A DNA stretch of 64,000 nucleotides from Gemmatimonadota bacterium (GTDB taxonomy: Bacteria; Gemmatimonadota; Gemmatimonadetes; Gemmatimonadales; GWC2-71-9). Under the pieces are notes generated by a model that had not been told where the DNA came from, ran no database searches, and was given only the letters and a program-made list of their open reading frames with translations. The DNA lies in the NCBI GenBank assembly GCA_009692185.1, contig SHZT01000001.1, forward strand, positions 205,247 to 269,246, read 5' to 3'. The stretch's first letter is position 1, and each line of letters starts with the position of its first letter. The position numbers and the translations under genes are program-made. Below are positions 17,951 to 27,357 of the stretch, piece by piece.

Positions 17951-19153
17951 TTGGACACCCAGATCCTGCAACACGTCGCGCTGTTCGACAAATGCAAGAA
18001 TTTCACCAAGGCCAAGGAGATCCAGGCCTCGGGCCTGTACCCCTATTTCAAGCCGATTTCCGAATCGGAAGACACCGTCGTCGTCATTGACGGGCAGAAG
18101 AAAGTCATGATGGGGTCCAACAACTACCTGGGCCTCACCCACCACCCAAAAGTCCTGGAATCGGCCAAGGCGGCCCTCGAGCGGTACGGCTCGGGCTGCA
18201 CCGGCAGCCGGTTCCTGAACGGCACGCTCGACCTGCACGAAATGCTGGAGGCCCGCCTCGCCGAGTTCTTCGGCAAGGAAGCGGCGCTGGTGTTCTCCAC
18301 CGGGTACCAGGCCAACCTGGGGCTCATCTCGTGCCTCGTAGGCCGGGGCGACGTTGTCCTGCTCGACAAGCTGGACCATGCGTCCATCGTGGACGGCGCG
18401 AAAATGTCGTGGGGCGATACCCAGCGGTTCAACCACAACGACCTGGCCCAGCTCGAGCGCCTGCTGCAGCGGAACGCCGACAAGGGCACGATGATCATCG
18501 TGGACGGTGTCTACTCCATGGAGGGAGACATCGCCGACGTGCCGGCCCTGCTCAAGCTGGCCCAGCGCTACAGCGCGGCACTCGCGATTGACGATGCCCA
18601 CGCCACCGGGGTCCTGGGCCCCCGCGGAGACGGCACGGCGGCGCATTTCGGCCTCACCGAGGAAGTAGACCTCGTGGTCGGGACGTTCTCCAAGTCCCTG
18701 GCCTCCATCGGCGGGTTCGTGGCGGGCACCGAAAACGTCATCCACTACCTCAAGCACAACTCCCGGCCGCTCATCTTCACGGCCGCGTTGCCCCCCGCCA
18801 ACACCGCGGGCGTGCTGGCGGCGCTCGAGGTCATGATTGCCGAGCCGCATCGCCGGGACCAGCTCTGGGAAAACACCCGGCGCCTCCAGGACGGCTTCCG
18901 GAGCTTGGGGTTCGACATCGGCCCCACCCAGACGCCCATCGTGCCGGTCCTCATCGGCGACATGACCAAGACGTTCCTCTTCTGGCGGAAGCTGTTCGAC
19001 GCCGGGGTGTTCACCAACCCGGTCGTCCCGCCCGCCGTGTCCGCCACCGAGTGCCGGCTCCGCACCAGCCTCATGGCCACGCACACGGCCGAGCAGATCG
19101 ACTTCGCGCTCGATACGTTCGCACGCCTCGGCAAGGAGCTGGGGGTCATTTGA
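17951..19153 (+). CDS. Alpha-oxoamine synthase (PLP, class II aminotransferase), serine palmitoyltransferase-like
   Basis: [41 protein letters not shown] and the PLP-Lys context GTFSKSL. Overall collinear with bacterial SPT/KBL/BioF as I recall them. Confidence 0.85.
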   Translation: MDTQILQHVALFDKCKNFTKAKEIQASGLYPYFKPISESEDTVVVIDGQKKVMMGSNNYLGLTHHPKVLESAKAALERYGSGCTGSRFLNGTLDLHEMLEARLAEFFGKEAALVFSTGYQANLGLISCLVGRGDVVLLDKLDHASIVDGAKMSWGDTQRFNHNDLAQLERLLQRNADKGTMIIVDGVYSMEGDIADVPALLKLAQRYSAALAIDDAHATGVLGPRGDGTAAHFGLTEEVDLVVGTFSKSLASIGGFVAGTENVIHYLKHNSRPLIFTAALPPANTAGVLAALEVMIAEPHRRDQLWENTRRLQDGFRSLGFDIGPTQTPIVPVLIGDMTKTFLFWRKLFDAGVFTNPVVPPAVSATECRLRTSLMATHTAEQIDFALDTFARLGKELGVI

Positions 19154-20280
19154 GCCCGCCGGTGGTCGTCCGGCCGATCACTTCGGCCGGCGACCTCGAA
19201 CGATTTATCGCGCTGCCGTACGACTTGTTCCGTGGGGACCCCGTGTGGGTCCCCCAGTTGCGTATGGACGTCCGCACCATGCTGTCCCGCACGAAGAATC
19301 CGTTCTTCCAGCATTCCGAGGCGGAGTACTTCCTGGCCGAGCGGAATGGGGAAGTCGTGGGCCGCATTGCGGCAGTCCACAACCGGGCGCACATCGACTA
19401 CTACAAGGACACCACCGGCTTCTTCGGCTTCTTCGAGTGCGTGGACGACCAGGTGGTGGCGAATGCCCTGTTCGCCGCCGCGGCGGCGTGGCTCACGCAA
19501 CGGAACCTCACCGTCATGCGCGGGCCCACGTCCTTTTCGACCAACGACGAGTGCGGTCTCCTAGTCGACGGCTTCGACACGCCACCCACATTGCTCAACC
19601 CGCACAACCCGGCGTACTACGTGCCGCTGGTCGAGCGTGCCGGGTTCCTGAAGGCGAAGGACATGTACCAGTACTGCATCGCGGTGACCGACCAGGATAC
19701 CGCCGTGCCGGAACGGCTGCTCCGCGGCGCCCAGATCGTGGCCGAGCGCAACAACCTCACCGCGCGCAAGCTCGACATGAAGCACTTCAAGGAGGAAGTG
19801 AACCGCATCAAGCAGATCTACAACTCGGCCTGGGACAAGAACTGGGGGTTCGTCCCGCTGACCGAGGCCGAGATCGATCACCTGGCCAAGCAGCTCAAGC
19901 CCATCGTGGTGCCCGACGGGGTGGTGTTCATCGAGAAGGAAGGCCAGCTCGTCGGCTTCGCCGCCGCCCTGCCCGACTTCAACGTCGCCCTGAAGAAGAA
20001 TCCCTCGGGGAAACTCTTCCCCGGCATCCTCAAGGTCCTCTGGCACGGGCGCAGGATCAAACGCGGGCGTATCCTGCTCCTCGGCCTCCTCCCGGAGTAC
20101 CGGAAGACCGGCGCGGAAGTCCTGCTGTACAAGTGGCTCTGGGAGAAGGGCTACAAGCTTGGCTTCCGCTGGGCGGAAGCCGGCTGGATCCTCGAAGACA
20201 ACACCCCGATGAACAACGGGCTCACCCACATGGGCTTTCAGCGCCACAAGACGCTCCGCCTCTACGACCGCGCACTGTGA
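19150..20280 (+). CDS. Large GNAT-fold N-acyltransferase-like protein (~376 aa)
   Basis: TTG start in a TTGA overlap with the upstream stop. C-terminal GNAT-like core ([18 protein letters not shown]...[11 protein letters not shown]). Confidence 0.65.
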   Translation: MSPPVVVRPITSAGDLERFIALPYDLFRGDPVWVPQLRMDVRTMLSRTKNPFFQHSEAEYFLAERNGEVVGRIAAVHNRAHIDYYKDTTGFFGFFECVDDQVVANALFAAAAAWLTQRNLTVMRGPTSFSTNDECGLLVDGFDTPPTLLNPHNPAYYVPLVERAGFLKAKDMYQYCIAVTDQDTAVPERLLRGAQIVAERNNLTARKLDMKHFKEEVNRIKQIYNSAWDKNWGFVPLTEAEIDHLAKQLKPIVVPDGVVFIEKEGQLVGFAAALPDFNVALKKNPSGKLFPGILKVLWHGRRIKRGRILLLGLLPEYRKTGAEVLLYKWLWEKGYKLGFRWAEAGWILEDNTPMNNGLTHMGFQRHKTLRLYDRAL

Positions 20281-21281
20281 AAGTCTTCGTCACGGGTGGA
20301 ACCGGCTTCCTCGGTTCACACCTGGTCGAAGCCCTCCTCGCCCGGGGCGATGACGTCGTCTGCCTGGTGCGGGACCCCGGCAAGGTAGACCGGGTGTTCG
20401 ACAAGCAGCGCCCCCGTTTGGTTGCCGGAAATCTCAACGACGTGGCCGCCCTCGAAACCGGCGCCGGCGGCGCGGACCTCGTGTTCCACGTCGCCGGGCT
20501 CATCGCCGCCGTTTCCCGCGCCGATTTCTTCAACGCCAACGCCGAGGGCACGAGGCGGGTGGCGCGCGCGGCGGCGAAGGTGGCGCCGAATCTCCAGCGA
20601 TTCGTCTATGTCAGCAGCCAGGCCGCATCGGGACCCTCGCGCCGCGGCGAGGCGCTCACCGAGTCCGCCAAGCCCAACCCGCTCACGGAATACGGCCGCA
20701 GCAAGCTCGCCGGCGAAGAGGCCGTGCGGGAATGCACGTTCCCCTGGACGATCGTGCGCCCGCCGGTGGTCTACGGGCCGCGCGACACGGAAGTCCTGCG
20801 GATGTTCCGGACCGTGCGCATGGGCGTCGCCCCCATTTTCGGCGACGGCAAGCAGGAACTCTCGGTCATCTACGTCGAAGACCTCGTCACGGCCCTGCTG
20901 AAGGCTGCGGCCAGCCCGAAGCCGGGCGCCACCTACTTCGCCGCGCACCGGCAGGTGCTCACCAGCCGGGATTTCGTGTCCGCGATCTACCACGCCGTGC
21001 GAGGTACCGAACCGCAGAAGTCGGCCCGCGCCTCGGGTCCGTTCCTCCTGCCGATTCCCAGCATGGTGGCCAGGGGAGCGCTCTGGATGACCGAGAAGGC
21101 CGCGCAGCTCACCGGCAAGCCGACGCTCCTCACGCCTGACAAGGCGAACGAGTTCCTGGCCGAGGCGTGGGTGTGCTCGTCGGCCGCGCTGGAACGCGAC
21201 ACGGGGTGGGTGGCGCAGTTTGACCTGGGGACGGGACTCTCCCGGACCGCCGCGTGGTACCGCAGTCACGGGTGGCTATAG
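20277..21281 (+). CDS. NAD-dependent epimerase/dehydratase-family reductase (extended SDR)
   Basis: GTGA overlap with the upstream gene. Rossmann motif VFVTGGTGFLGSHLV and the catalytic YGRSK (YxxxK). Confidence 0.8.
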   Translation: MKVFVTGGTGFLGSHLVEALLARGDDVVCLVRDPGKVDRVFDKQRPRLVAGNLNDVAALETGAGGADLVFHVAGLIAAVSRADFFNANAEGTRRVARAAAKVAPNLQRFVYVSSQAASGPSRRGEALTESAKPNPLTEYGRSKLAGEEAVRECTFPWTIVRPPVVYGPRDTEVLRMFRTVRMGVAPIFGDGKQELSVIYVEDLVTALLKAAASPKPGATYFAAHRQVLTSRDFVSAIYHAVRGTEPQKSARASGPFLLPIPSMVARGALWMTEKAAQLTGKPTLLTPDKANEFLAEAWVCSSAALERDTGWVAQFDLGTGLSRTAAWYRSHGWL

Positions 21282-21291
21282 CAGCTGCGAC

Positions 21292-22368
21292 TCAGTGCTT
21301 GTGCTCGGCAGGTTTCTTCTTGTCAGCCGGCGGGGCCATGATCACCGCCATCGTTCCGGTCACTTCCCGCATGTAATGCTTGCGATCCATCACGTACAGG
21401 AACTCCTTCACGTCCGTCGCGAGCCACTGTTCACCGCTCGACGGCAGGAATATTCCCGCCACCACGCCCATCCCGCCTGACGGCATCGTGTCGGGCTTCG
21501 GGTTCTGATAGTCCACGGTCACCCGGTACAGGTGTGACGTGTCCACCTTCATGCCCAGGTTCTTGAGGAAACTGCTCGTGGTCAGGCTGTTCACGTTGCC
21601 ATTGTCATCCATGTAGGGCGTGGCGTCGAAAATGAGCTTGCCGGTCGTGGCATCCTGGAAGCGGAGCCGCGTGGCGTACTCGTGCAGGTGCCCGCCCATA
21701 ATCAGGATCTTGCCGTTCACCGCCGGTTTCCCCTCCCACGAGCGGCTCGACGCCCCGGGTGGCAGGTCCCATGACTTGTCACCGAAGGGAAATGCCGCAT
21801 CCACCTGGAACGGCTGGATGGGAAAGAGCGGCCAGGGGCGTCCGGTCTTCTGGTACGTCATGGTGAACCGCACGGTCGCGCCGTGGTAGGCGGTGCTCGT
21901 GGGGTTGTGCAACATGGCGGCAACGACCAGCCGGTCTCCCTTGTTCACCGGGAGGCCAAACAGAAACCAGGGCATGGCCTGGTCCCCGGTTTCGCCTCCC
22001 GCCGCGGCCACGCGCCGCGAAATGGGGAGAAAGAGCTCGCGGTGATCCGGATCGATGAAGTTGAGGTGATGTACGACCTGGTTGGGAACTGTTTTCCCAT
22101 CCTGGTCCACCACGTCGTAGCTGAACCCCGTGAGGTAGCCGGTCATGGGGAAGCTCACGGTTTCGACCGGCGGCAAGATGCCGCCATGTGCGCCGTGATG
22201 CTCGCCCATGACGGGCAGCTCGATGGGCCCGATCAGGATGGTAAACCGGCTTTGCGCGTCGTCGTTGACGACGCGGACGGTTTGCGCGGCGGCCGCAGAC
22301 GGCGCCAGCACGAGAAGAAGCGTGAAGAGATTCTTGCGCGTCATTGTGACAGAAGAGAAGTGCTTCAT
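21292..22368 (-). CDS. Secreted hypothetical protein with a copper-monooxygenase (PHM/DBH)-like His/Met pattern
   Basis: Signal peptide, then spaced VVHHLNF, H (MLHNP or AYHGATV), GGHLHEY (HxH) and a later GGMGV. This mimics the HH..H / HxH..M arrangement of type II Cu monooxygenases. Fold assignment is inference only. Confidence 0.7.
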   Translation of the reverse strand: MKHFSSVTMTRKNLFTLLLVLAPSAAAAQTVRVVNDDAQSRFTILIGPIELPVMGEHHGAHGGILPPVETVSFPMTGYLTGFSYDVVDQDGKTVPNQVVHHLNFIDPDHRELFLPISRRVAAAGGETGDQAMPWFLFGLPVNKGDRLVVAAMLHNPTSTAYHGATVRFTMTYQKTGRPWPLFPIQPFQVDAAFPFGDKSWDLPPGASSRSWEGKPAVNGKILIMGGHLHEYATRLRFQDATTGKLIFDATPYMDDNGNVNSLTTSSFLKNLGMKVDTSHLYRVTVDYQNPKPDTMPSGGMGVVAGIFLPSSGEQWLATDVKEFLYVMDRKHYMREVTGTMAVIMAPPADKKKPAEHKH

Positions 22369-22371
22369 GGC

Positions 22372-22512
22372 CTAGGGCGCAACCGTCAGCGTCCCGACCA
22401 TGCCCATGAGCTCGTGCGGCTGACAGGCGTACGCGTAGGTACCCGCCGGGGCGGGCTTGTCGCCCCCGCACGCGAGCGCGAGGAGGCTGATTCCCGTTAA
22501 GATTCGTTTCAC
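22372..22512 (-). CDS. 46-aa lipoprotein carrying only the C-terminal cupredoxin ligand loop
   Basis: GGAGG RBS 6 nt upstream of GTG 22512. Lipobox LALACGG, then YAYACQPHELMGMVGTLTV, which matches the YxCxPHxxxGMxGxxxV type-1 Cu loop. The stop lies 3 nt before the next gene's ATG. Confidence 0.5.
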   Translation of the reverse strand: MKRILTGISLLALACGGDKPAPAGTYAYACQPHELMGMVGTLTVAP

Positions 22513-22608
22513 CTGTGACCTCCGGTCGGACGTGAGCCCTGCATCGTGCGTCGAAGAAAGATAACGGACGCCTTGATTCTTGAAGCAAATCGTCGAGCTT
22601 GCTACGCG

Positions 22609-22992
22609 ATGCAATGCCGTGCCCTGCTTGCACTTGTGACTGTCGCGTCCAGCCCGACTTGTCTGTCGCAGAACAAACTCGCTCATCCAGTACCGCTGGC
22701 GGTCATGGACGGCCGCGTCGTGTCGTTCGAGACCGGTGAGCCAATTCCCCACGTCGAGGTGTGCGTGTTTGGCAGCGACACGACTTGTGTGCGCAGTGAT
22801 GCCGCGGGCCGTTACCGCGCCCGCGTCACCCCCGGGACGGTCACGGTACGGTTTCGGACACCAGGGCTTCCTCTCGCGCTGGTGCGGAACATCGAGATCG
22901 CCGCGACGGCACCCGGGTCGGTCAGCTGCGCGATGACCGGCCGGATCGGCCTCTCTGAGGAAACGTCCTGCCTGCCGGTGCGCACCCAGTGA
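22609..22992 (+). CDS. Secreted carboxypeptidase-regulatory-like (CarboxypepD_reg) domain protein
   Basis: Signal peptide MQCRALLALVTVASS, then GRVVSFETGEPIPHVEVCVFGSDTTCVRSDAAGRYRARVTPGTVTVRF. Confidence 0.55.
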   Translation: MQCRALLALVTVASSPTCLSQNKLAHPVPLAVMDGRVVSFETGEPIPHVEVCVFGSDTTCVRSDAAGRYRARVTPGTVTVRFRTPGLPLALVRNIEIAATAPGSVSCAMTGRIGLSEETSCLPVRTQ

Positions 22993-23753
22993 AGCCCGCC
23001 GTTCCCGACTGCCAGTCGATGGGATCCCATTGCCGGGAGCTGCCGGTCCTGCTCCGCGTGGCCGAACTGAGCGAAGACGACGGCCCGTTCCGGGACATGA
23101 TCGGGACCTGGCTCATGGGACACGTCGAGAACCTGGACTTCGGCACTCCACGGGTGTTGGGAGATCGCGTGGTGGTGGACACGACGATCCACGCCGAATG
23201 CCGGTACTTCCAGGCCGATGGTCCCTCGTTCCGGTGTCTGGCCCATGGCTTCCGGGGGGCGTTGCCCGACGAGGCCCGGCCGACGGAGCAACCGTTTATC
23301 GCCAACGGCACGGTCACACTCATGCAGGACGACCGGGTTCAGACTGTCGCCCTTTCGGCCCGCGCGAAACCCAGCCGCGCCCTACCCACACTCGACGTGA
23401 ACCCCTGTCTCGGGGCGCCGTGCCGTACGGCGGACAACGTGCAGGGCGCGGCATGCTGCCGCGACCTCACGCTCGAGGTGATCATCCCCGCCTGGAATAC
23501 CGAGACGGAGACCCTGCTGGAAACACGGCAGACGCCCTACGTGACCAAGGTCGAGCGGGTCAGCGAAGACATCGTCGAGTGCGAGGTGATCTCTGCTTGC
23601 GGGTACCTCGGGGCCGACGGCGTGGCGTGCGGGTTGCACGACCTCGAGCGCGCGGACGGTTCACCGGCCAAGCCGGCCATCTGCTCCGACTGGCCTGACC
23701 TCGACGAAGACTGCGACTGGCACCCGGGCTGCCGCCTGGTGGAGAAGGCATGA
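22989..23753 (+). CDS. Cysteine-cluster protein, C-terminal half YkgJ/UPF0153-like (putative Zn/Fe-chelating)
   Basis: GTGA overlap upstream and ATGA overlap downstream. Cys patterns CLGAPCRTADNVQGAACC and CGLHD...KPAICSDWP; 17 Cys in total. Confidence 0.6.
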   Translation: MKPAVPDCQSMGSHCRELPVLLRVAELSEDDGPFRDMIGTWLMGHVENLDFGTPRVLGDRVVVDTTIHAECRYFQADGPSFRCLAHGFRGALPDEARPTEQPFIANGTVTLMQDDRVQTVALSARAKPSRALPTLDVNPCLGAPCRTADNVQGAACCRDLTLEVIIPAWNTETETLLETRQTPYVTKVERVSEDIVECEVISACGYLGADGVACGLHDLERADGSPAKPAICSDWPDLDEDCDWHPGCRLVEKA

Positions 23754-26617
23754 CCGCGGACTCCCGTCGCATTCCCGATGTGCAGGCCGCCGTGGGCGAC
23801 CGGTACGAAATCACTTCCCTGCTCCGCGCCGGCGGCCGCGGCGTCGTCTACGCGGGGCGGGACCGGACGGCCAATACCCGCGTGGCGATTACGGTGCTGG
23901 GGCCGGAAGTCGCAGCGACGGCCGGGTTGGCCGCCCGGTTCCGGCGCGAGGCCGCCCAGGTGGCGCACCTGCCCCACCCTCACATCGTCCCGGTGCTCGA
24001 GTTCGATATCCGGGCCGACCTGGCCTTCGTGGTCACGCCCATCGTCGACGGCGTCACGCTGGACGTGTACGTCGCGGGACACGGACGCTTGTCGCTGGGC
24101 GAGGCATCGGAGTTGCTTCGCCAGGTGGGCAGCGCGCTGGCCTTTGCGCACTCCCGCGGCGTCGTGCACGGGGGCGTGCGGCCGTCGAGCATTCAACGGG
24201 AGCGGACCACCGGACGCTGGCGGCTGGCTGACTTCGGCATGACCCACAGGGAGGCAGAGGCCGGCGCACCGACGACTCCCGACGCCCAAGCCGACCTCAC
24301 CGCGCTTGCGGCGACGGTCGTGTACGGGCTTACCGGCGCCGAGGCGGCACTCACCGGCGACCGCGCCGGCCTTGCTCGCACGCTCCGCGCCGCACGGCCC
24401 GACCTCACCACCGCGGTGGTGCGGGCTATTTCGGCCCCGCTCGCCCTCGAGCCCGACGGCGTGCCCGGCACCGTGGACGACTGGATAGACCTGGTGCGGG
24501 CCGCTGAGCGGTACCGCCCGGTCAAGCCGTGGGCCGCGGTCGTCGCCCTGCTGGTGGCCGCCGTGGGTGGCTGGTGGGCGATTTCGCGCCAGCCGGAGGC
24601 CGTGACCGCCGCCCGGCCCACGGTGGCGGTCCTGCCGTTCACGCTCACGGGCAGCGCACCGGCCGTTCCGCTCGACGCGGTCCTGCCACAGGCATTTGCC
24701 TGGCAGCTCCAGATGCTCCCGCAGTACCGCGTCCTGGGCGCCCCGGTCATGATGGCCGCGGTGCACCGGCGGTTTGGCGGTGAGCCGCAGAGCGAAGACA
24801 CGCTGACGGCCCTGGCGCGACAGCTTGGCGCCGACGTCGTGGTCGCGGGCCAGGCGGAAACCTCCAATGGCCAGATCACGATCCATATCCGCGTTTCCGA
24901 CCTGCGCCGGCGCCGGACCATCGCGGCCGCGGACACCAGCGGGCCGCTGGACAGCCTCGACGTGCTGGTGTCGAGCCTGGTGGCGCGCGGGTTTGCGTCG
25001 CGGCTCGCGCGCGAGGTGCCCGGCAGCACCGCGCCGTCGCTTCCCCGCGGCATCACAGCGATCGCCGCCTACTTCCAGGGCGACCAGGATCTGCGGCACG
25101 CACAGTATCGGAGTGCGGTGGAGCAATTCACCCGCGTCATTTCACTCGACTCGGCGTATGCGCCGGCCTACCTCAAGCGCGTGCTCGCGCTGATCCAGCT
25201 GGTACCGACCGAGGACGAGATCCGGTCGGCCCTGCCCAGCCTGGCGTACAAGGACCGGCTGGACCCGGTATCCCGCGACTTGCTCACGGGGTACGAGAAA
25301 TTGATCAACGACGGGGACGTGCTGGAGGCGGAGCGCATCTTCCGCCGCCTGCTCAACGACTTCCCCGACGCGGTGGACGGGTGGTTCGCGCTGGGAGAGC
25401 TGCAATTCCATTTCGGGACGCTGATGGGCATTCCGCTCTCGGAATCCCGGGCGGCATTCCAGGAAGTCCTGCACCGCGATCCGTCGTACGCGACCGCGGT
25501 GGCGCACCTCCTGATGCTGGCGCTGGCCGAAGGCGACGAACCGACGGCGCGGCAGTATTTCCGCCGCTACGTCGAGATCGACAGCACGTCCGTGGTCGCG
25601 GAGCTGGTGGGAGCCGGCGACACGCTCCTCCACCATGCCCCTCTGGCGCCACGGGTCCTCGCGTCGTTCCCGCGGCGGTCCCGCGAATTCCTCGACAACG
25701 TCGCGTTCATCTCGAGCGAGTTCGGCCGGTCGGCGCCGGAGCGGGTCGTCGGGGGCAAGGCACTGGACGCCATCTGGGGTCGAGCGTCGCGCGGGGACGA
25801 GCGGGCGCGGGCCTTCCGGATGCGGCTGGCCGGCCTGCTCGGCTCCGGCCGGTACGCCACCGCGCTGCGGTTCTTCCGCGGCGCGCGAAGCGCCGGGGTG
25901 CCGCAGGGCGAGGTGGACCGGTGGATGGTCCTCTCCGGCGTGACGCCGTTGCCCGACTTCGGCGACGACTCATCCCAGGCGGCCGCCGTGCGCCGGTTGA
26001 CCGGCGCCGACGACGACCAGCTCATGGCCCGCTGGCTGGTGGCCCGCTGGTTTGCCCGCCGCGACGCGGACCGCGCGCAGGACGCCCTGGCCGATCTCAA
26101 GCGCATCGTGCACCCGCCGGGGAGCGCGTCGCCGCTCGAGCTGTCGCTCCTCGACGACCTGACCGCCATGGATTTCCTGGCCTCCGGCGATACCGCCGGT
26201 GCCCTGGCCACCTGGCGCCGCGCCACGCAGCGGTTCAGCGTCGAGCAGGTGCCATTCTCGCTGGTCGCGTCACTCTGGCCGCTCCGCGCCGGCCGGGTCC
26301 GCATCGCCTCGCTCACCGGGCGGTACCGGGAGGCGCTCGATGCCTCGGCGACATTCCTCCGGGTCGCCGCGTTCGTGGACCAGGCCGTGTGGCCCGAGAT
26401 CATGCCGCTCCGGGCCGAGGCGGCGCTGGCGCAGGGGGACACCGTCCTCGCGATCAACACCTACGTGGAACTGCTGCAGATTCTCGAAATGGCGGACGGC
26501 GACGGGTTGCTGGTGCGCGAGCGGGCACTGCAGGCGCTGGACGATCTCAAGACGCGGTGGAAGGTGACGCCCGGAGATTCCGGGGCGGTCGAGCGGCCCG
26601 CGGCCACCGCCGGCTAG
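23750..26617 (+). CDS. Membrane-anchored Ser/Thr-kinase-like pseudokinase with periplasmic and TPR-like C-terminal region
   Basis: Hanks-type fold is recognisable, but VAIK is VAIT and HRDxKxxN is HGGVRPSS. DFG is kept and APE is absent. One TM (WAAVVALLVAAVGGWWAI), then about 650 aa of helical-repeat region. Confidence 0.8.
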   Translation: MTADSRRIPDVQAAVGDRYEITSLLRAGGRGVVYAGRDRTANTRVAITVLGPEVAATAGLAARFRREAAQVAHLPHPHIVPVLEFDIRADLAFVVTPIVDGVTLDVYVAGHGRLSLGEASELLRQVGSALAFAHSRGVVHGGVRPSSIQRERTTGRWRLADFGMTHREAEAGAPTTPDAQADLTALAATVVYGLTGAEAALTGDRAGLARTLRAARPDLTTAVVRAISAPLALEPDGVPGTVDDWIDLVRAAERYRPVKPWAAVVALLVAAVGGWWAISRQPEAVTAARPTVAVLPFTLTGSAPAVPLDAVLPQAFAWQLQMLPQYRVLGAPVMMAAVHRRFGGEPQSEDTLTALARQLGADVVVAGQAETSNGQITIHIRVSDLRRRRTIAAADTSGPLDSLDVLVSSLVARGFASRLAREVPGSTAPSLPRGITAIAAYFQGDQDLRHAQYRSAVEQFTRVISLDSAYAPAYLKRVLALIQLVPTEDEIRSALPSLAYKDRLDPVSRDLLTGYEKLINDGDVLEAERIFRRLLNDFPDAVDGWFALGELQFHFGTLMGIPLSESRAAFQEVLHRDPSYATAVAHLLMLALAEGDEPTARQYFRRYVEIDSTSVVAELVGAGDTLLHHAPLAPRVLASFPRRSREFLDNVAFISSEFGRSAPERVVGGKALDAIWGRASRGDERARAFRMRLAGLLGSGRYATALRFFRGARSAGVPQGEVDRWMVLSGVTPLPDFGDDSSQAAAVRRLTGADDDQLMARWLVARWFARRDADRAQDALADLKRIVHPPGSASPLELSLLDDLTAMDFLASGDTAGALATWRRATQRFSVEQVPFSLVASLWPLRAGRVRIASLTGRYREALDASATFLRVAAFVDQAVWPEIMPLRAEAALAQGDTVLAINTYVELLQILEMADGDGLLVRERALQALDDLKTRWKVTPGDSGAVERPAATAG

Positions 26618-26630
26618 CGGGAGGCCCTCC

Positions 26631-27188
26631 TCACCACTGCTGGTCGGTAGAGAAAACGAAGACCGATCCGGCCACGTGATCCACCGGCGGGGCAATGCTG
26701 AACCCGATCCCTCCCCCGAACAACCTGAGGCTCAGGCTCACCGTTCCGCGGATGCGGCCCGTGGGCCGCGTGGCGAGCGACGCCCCCGCCCAGCCGCTCT
26801 GGATGCCGACCGACAGCAACGGCGACAGGCTCGGAAGGTAGAGCCAGCGTCCGACGCGAATCGGCGCGTTGAGCCATGGTAGCTGGTAGGCGGCAGACAG
26901 GCGCAGCAACGCTGCCCGATCCCCGCCGAACTCCTTGTAGGTGTAGCCCGGCAGGCCCTCGTTCTCGCCGAACTCGATCAGCCGCTGAGGCGGCAGCTGC
27001 CGACCCAGCACCGCGGCGCCATCAAACCGCGCCCTGTAGACCACGGGGCCCCAGGAATGCCGCCCGACCAACCGCGCCTCGACCCGTTGCCACTGGAGCT
27101 CGCCGTCCCCCCGCTCGTAGGAGAATCCGGCGCCGACGCCCGGCTCGAGAAACTGTCCACTCACGTCCGGATGGAACTCGAAACCCAC
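26631..27188 (-). pseudogene. Omp85/BamA-type beta-barrel, C-terminal fragment only
   Basis: IEFGENEGLPGYTYKEFGGDRAAL, alternating beta-strand pattern and a terminal aromatic residue (..DQQW). Barrel-like coding continues without any ATG/GTG/TTG up to a stop at 27366-27368, inside the 3' end of the GGDEF gene. Confidence 0.5.
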
Positions 27189-27357
27189 GAGGCTCCGGAA
27201 GTACAGTCCCTCGACCGAGTAGCGGTTGGGCCGGATCGTTCCCCCGTGAATGAGGCCAGAGCGCAGGCGGGAGATCTCGGGCTCATCTTCCGCGGGCCCC
27301 CCCCTCGAGGCGAGGCGGCGGTCATGTGGACGGTTCCCAGGGGCGAGAGGGCCACCG

